From the NCBI GenBank assembly GCA_963422735.1, contig OY730476.1, positions 2,624,001 through 2,688,000 on the forward strand: a stretch of DNA of 64,000 nt, in the 5' to 3' direction. Positions 60,332 to 64,000 of this stretch are shown here, one piece after another (the stretch's first letter is position 1; every line of letters begins with the position of its first letter). This DNA comes from Candidatus Latescibacterota bacterium (GTDB lineage Bacteria > Latescibacterota > UBA2968 > UBA8231). A program made the position numbers and the translations under genes. The notes under the pieces were generated by a model. It was given only the letters and a program-made list of their open reading frames with translations, was not told the DNA's origin and did no database searches.

Positions 60332-61884
60332 CGCTCGTCTCGTGCAAAAAGCTGCTGACTACGCGCTCGATGCTTTTGGCTCTCTTCGAGCAGACCGAGC
60401 GCTTCGCAAGCATCGCCCAAGTAGAGGTGTCCGCGCCCATCTTCGGGCTCCAACTCGACAAAGCGTTGGTAGGCGGTCCGAGCCGCAGCAAAGTCTCCGA
60501 GCTGGGCATGGGCTACCCCTAGGTTGAAGTGGGCTTTGGCGTATTGGGGGGCGAGGGCTGTGGCTTGGGTAAAAAATCGTGCGGCTTCTTTGAACTGGTG
60601 CTTCTGGGCGGCGATCAAACCGAGTGAGTAGGGAGGCTCGACGAGGGAGGTGTCGAGTTGGCCTGCCTTGGCAAAGGTTTGGGCCGCCCTTTCGAGTAAT
60701 CCCGACTGATAGTGAGCATTGCCCAGAAGTACGTACAGAACGGGATTTTCTGGATCTAGCTCGATGGCCCGCTGGAAATACCGGGCCGCCCGTTTGTGCC
60801 GGCCTTGCTCGGCGAGGAGAAGGCCGAGGCCGATATGGGCGTCTTTGTGATCGGGTTTGATTTCGACTGCGCGACGAAACTCTAACAAAGCTTGGTCCGT
60901 TTCGCCGACCATCTGGTGCTTCAAACCCATGTTGTAGTGATCCCGCGCCGAGCCGATGGAGAGCGACTTGTGCGTCGGCGGGGAGATTTCGGAGTGCAAA
61001 CCCCGGTGCTGCTGGCGCAGGCTTTCGGAACGCGCCATTTCTCGCTTGCCCTCTTTGCGGCGGCCCAGGCGGAGATAGATATTGCCGAGGTTGAGGCGGA
61101 GCTTGGGCGAGTCGGGGTTGAGTTTGGTGGCCTTGAGTAGCACCTGCAAAGCCGCCTCATTATCGCCCATATCGCGATGGGCCAGTCCCAAGAGAAAGTG
61201 CGCTTCGGCGTCCTGCGGGTCAAAGCGCACCGCTTTTTTAAAGGCCCCAGCCGCCTCGGGCGGAAACCCTTTTTCCCGGTAGATTTTGCCCAATTTCTTG
61301 TAGGCCGGTGCCAAGGTGGAATCCGCCTCTAAGGCCGCAGTGTACGCTGCTTGGGCCTTTTCTGCTTCTTTGCGATAGCCGTGCAGTAAGCCCAAGTTGT
61401 AGTACGCCGTTGAGCGGTGGGGGTCGAGCGCGGTCGATTGCTCAAAGGCGGCCCGCGCTGCTTCGACATCGCGGTACTGGTTTTGGCTATACGCTCTGGA
61501 AGTGTGTCGGGCCGTGTGGATGATGCCGAGAATTTCGTACAACTCGGCGCGCGTCTGGTTTTTTTGCGGGGCTAGTTCAATCGCGTGTTCGATCGCACGC
61601 AGGGCTTGGGGGAATTTGCCCAGTGCTAGGTAGGAGCGAGCGAGGTAGTGGTGGACCTCGTAATCGTCGGCTCGGTCGGCTAGCGCCTTGTGAAAGGCGA
61701 CGATGGCTTCGCTGTAGCGCTCCTGCGCCAAGGCGTACATCCCGGCGCGGATCAAGGGGTCGCGCTCCTTGGGGCTACAGGCGCAGATGAGGAGACAAAA
61801 GGCGGCCCCCAGCCAAGGCGAGACCTTTTTGCAGGACAGGTGAAAGCGGGCCATTTCCCGCCCGTTTTTTAAGTACAAATGCAC
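60328..61884 (-). CDS. Tetratricopeptide-repeat (lipo)protein
   Basis: Repeated A..NLG..Y..G..A..A..L.P units; possible lipobox LICAC; exact start uncertain. Confidence 0.85.
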   Translation of the reverse strand: MHLYLKNGREMARFHLSCKKVSPWLGAAFCLLICACSPKERDPLIRAGMYALAQERYSEAIVAFHKALADRADDYEVHHYLARSYLALGKFPQALRAIEHAIELAPQKNQTRAELYEILGIIHTARHTSRAYSQNQYRDVEAARAAFEQSTALDPHRSTAYYNLGLLHGYRKEAEKAQAAYTAALEADSTLAPAYKKLGKIYREKGFPPEAAGAFKKAVRFDPQDAEAHFLLGLAHRDMGDNEAALQVLLKATKLNPDSPKLRLNLGNIYLRLGRRKEGKREMARSESLRQQHRGLHSEISPPTHKSLSIGSARDHYNMGLKHQMVGETDQALLEFRRAVEIKPDHKDAHIGLGLLLAEQGRHKRAARYFQRAIELDPENPVLYVLLGNAHYQSGLLERAAQTFAKAGQLDTSLVEPPYSLGLIAAQKHQFKEAARFFTQATALAPQYAKAHFNLGVAHAQLGDFAAARTAYQRFVELEPEDGRGHLYLGDACEALGLLEESQKHRARSQQLFARDER

Positions 61885-62052
61885 GAGTGTCCTGGTTTGT
61901 TGATGCTGTTAGATTGCCGGTCAAATTAACCGAGCAGTTAGTATATGAGAAGATACGCAGGATTGTCCATCTTGTGCGCTTGCTTCTGTCGTCGCTGCCG
62001 AGGCACAGGTGCGATATCGGGAAGTCGCCCAAGAGACCGGGATTGACTTCCA

Positions 62053-62916
62053 GTGCTACAACAGCGCCCAAGGCGAATACTACCCTTTGGCGCGGCGTTC
62101 TTTGACGCCGCTGGAGATGGCTGGCAGTATCTCTACCTAATCAATGGTGCCCATCTTTCGGACCCCCTTCCCCCGACCCCGCCCATCAGCTGCTTCTATC
62201 GCAACGCTGGCGATGAGACTTTCGCCGATCTCAGTGTCGAGTCCGGGGCTGGCGACCGAGGCTACGGCATGGGATGTGCGGCAGGCGACTACGACAACGA
62301 TGGGGATCAAGGCTTCTACGCGATCAACTTCGGCCCCAATGTGCTGTTGAGCAATGGCGGCGGCGGGCACTTTGCGGACGTCACCCAAGCCGCCGGTGTG
62401 GGCGACGGGCACTGGGGCACCAGCACCGGATTTTTGGACTTCGACAACGATGGGGATTTGGACCTTTTTGTAGTCAATTATGTGCATTTCAGCTTGAAGA
62501 GCAATATCCAGTGCAAGCAGGGGGCGATTCGCTGCACCTACGCGCCCATTGGGGATGTGTTCTACCGCAATGATGGGGTGCGCTTTGTCGATGTGACCAA
62601 GAGAATGGGAATCCATGCGATGGAACGGGGGTTGGGCGTGGCCTTTGCAGACAGCGACTTGGACGGCGATACGGATACTTACGTGGCCAACGATGGTACG
62701 CCGAATTTTCTCTACGAAAACCGAGGGGTGCGCTTTGTCGAGAGCGGACTGTGCGCCGGGGTGCAATACAATGAAGATGGGCACGCCGAAGCCGGTATGG
62801 GCGTTGACTTCGGCGATTTTGACAACGACGGGTACACCGATCTTCTCGCAACCAACACGCTCTACTGGAACTATGGCCGGGGCCGCTTTGCCAACTCGTC
62901 CGTATTGACGGGCTAG
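62053..62916 (+). pseudogene. CRTAC1/ASPIC-UnbV-like (FG-GAP/VCBS repeat) fragment
   Basis: GDYDNDGD, DFDNDGDLDLFVVNY and AGMGVDFGDFDNDG repeats; lacks a signal peptide and the UnbV end. Confidence 0.7.
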
Positions 62917-63544
62917 AGCGATTGGAGGCGATAGAGGGGCAGGTACTCGTCGTCGGCAATGGAGCGCTAAAAAGTCTGCTAGGCTTGGAGGGCATCAAAT
63001 GCCTGAAGGGCGGGCGGGCCATAGAGCGCAATCGGGCGTTGCAAGCGTTGGAGGGACTGCACGAGGTGGAAAGCGTCGGGGGTAAACTGGCCATAGTCGG
63101 CAATGGGTCGCTGGTCAATTTGCAGGGCTTGCGCCGCCTCAAAATCGCGGGGGATGGGCTACTGCTCGCAGGCAACGAGGCGTTGGGCAGCGTCGAGGGA
63201 TTGGATGCCCTAACCCACCTAGGAGGCGATCTGATCATCCGCAATAACAACGCACTAAAGACGCTGAGTGAGTGGTGCGCGGGAATCTGCTCTTGGAGCG
63301 GAACGGTGCCTTGGCCGACGCGGTTGGGTTGGGCGAACTCAGGACTATTGGAGGCCATTTATTTGTCCAATTTAACGAAAAATTGCAGGGTTTATCGAGC
63401 TTGGCAACGCTAGAAAAAATAGGTGGTCGGCTGGGCATTAGAGCCAATAGGAACCTGCCGAGTGCCAAAGCTAAAGCCCTAGCGGAGCGTTTGATCGCCG
63501 GTGGGTTTACGGGCGAGATCCGGATTGAAGCCAACCAACCCTAG
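62900..63544 (+). pseudogene. Receptor-L-domain / leucine-rich repeat fragment, frameshifted
   Basis: Repeats of L..V.G.L.I..N..L..L.GL run across two frames (62922-63270 and 63272-63544). Confidence 0.6.
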
Positions 63545-63633
63545 CCGCTATACGTTGCCGGATTTTGGTTGCTGTGTCTTTTCGTATTTCATACAGTTAC
63601 TTGCCTTGGCCCAGAGAAATCGAGTCAGAAGAT

Positions 63634-64000
63634 ATGCCAATCATGCTACAATCCGAGGCAGGTCGAAAGGAACACAGGCGACGACAGATCGCGCTTAGGG
63701 CACTTTTCCTGTTCTCAGTTCTCGGAGGATTGAGTTATCATACACCGGTTGGTGCCCAAATGGAGGTCGTCCAACTGGGGGGCGAGGGTGGGGTATCTTG
63801 GGAGAGTGGCGGCGGGGAGATTCCGGCCTTAGTAATCCTCGACCCGGTGACCGTCGATCAGTCCAATGCACCCGGCGGCGTCATAGACTTTGCTCCCTTT
63901 GAGCGCGCACATTGGATTTTTCCGCAGCAGGCCGATACGACGGACAACATATTGATCGGCGTCAACTCTAAGGAGCGCGGGGGCAGCGTCATCACGCCCA
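63634..64000 (+). CDS. Secreted protein, N-terminal part (3' truncated; not in supplied ORF track)
   Basis: Manual translation gives an open frame to the window end: MPIML..RRRQIALRALFLFSVLGGLSYHTPVGA-QMEVVQLGGEGGVSW..GGVIDF.. Confidence 0.6.
   Translation, partial: MPIMLQSEAGRKEHRRRQIALRALFLFSVLGGLSYHTPVGAQMEVVQLGGEGGVSWESGGGEIPALVILDPVTVDQSNAPGGVIDFAPFERAHWIFPQQADTTDNILIGVNSKERGGSVITP

Overview
A 64 kb GC-rich bacterial chromosomal window. The gene content includes many signal-peptide proteins ending in FlgD-Ig/T9SS-like C-terminal domains, a PorV/PorQ-like barrel, Bacteroidota-type TonB receptors with DUF4249, and a 'SWGxxK' C-terminal motif. This suggests an uncultured FCB-group lineage such as Ca. 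Latescibacterota, which is an inference. In order, the window holds: (i) the end of a TonB receptor / secreted CTD protein / PorV-like operon; (ii) an Nramp-like transporter and a lower-GC secreted HExxH metallopeptidase; (iii) an uncharacterised coupled three-gene membrane system made of a degenerate M28 peptidase-FtsX fusion plus two OPT-like paralogs, with no adjacent ATPase; (iv) an ilvC-leuA-leuC-leuD-leuB-cimA-argJ-aminotransferase-accA run with a near-consensus sigma70 promoter, an unannotated Leu/Ile/Val-rich leader peptide, a second Leu-containing mini-ORF before leuA, and toxin-antitoxin relics in its spacers; (v) a minus-strand cluster resembling furan-fatty-acid / singlet-oxygen-defence genes, headed by a B12-binding CarH/LitR-type regulator, with a phased 11-bp operator array over a sigma70 promoter and bracketed by duplicated TonB receptors; (vi) catabolic enzymes and many eroded accessory genes (type I HsdR, a type II R-M pair, VapB, PhyH, an ABC ATPase, CRTAC1-like and L-domain fragments). 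No rRNA, tRNA or CRISPR array was recognised. All family calls come from reading motifs by eye; no database searches were run.
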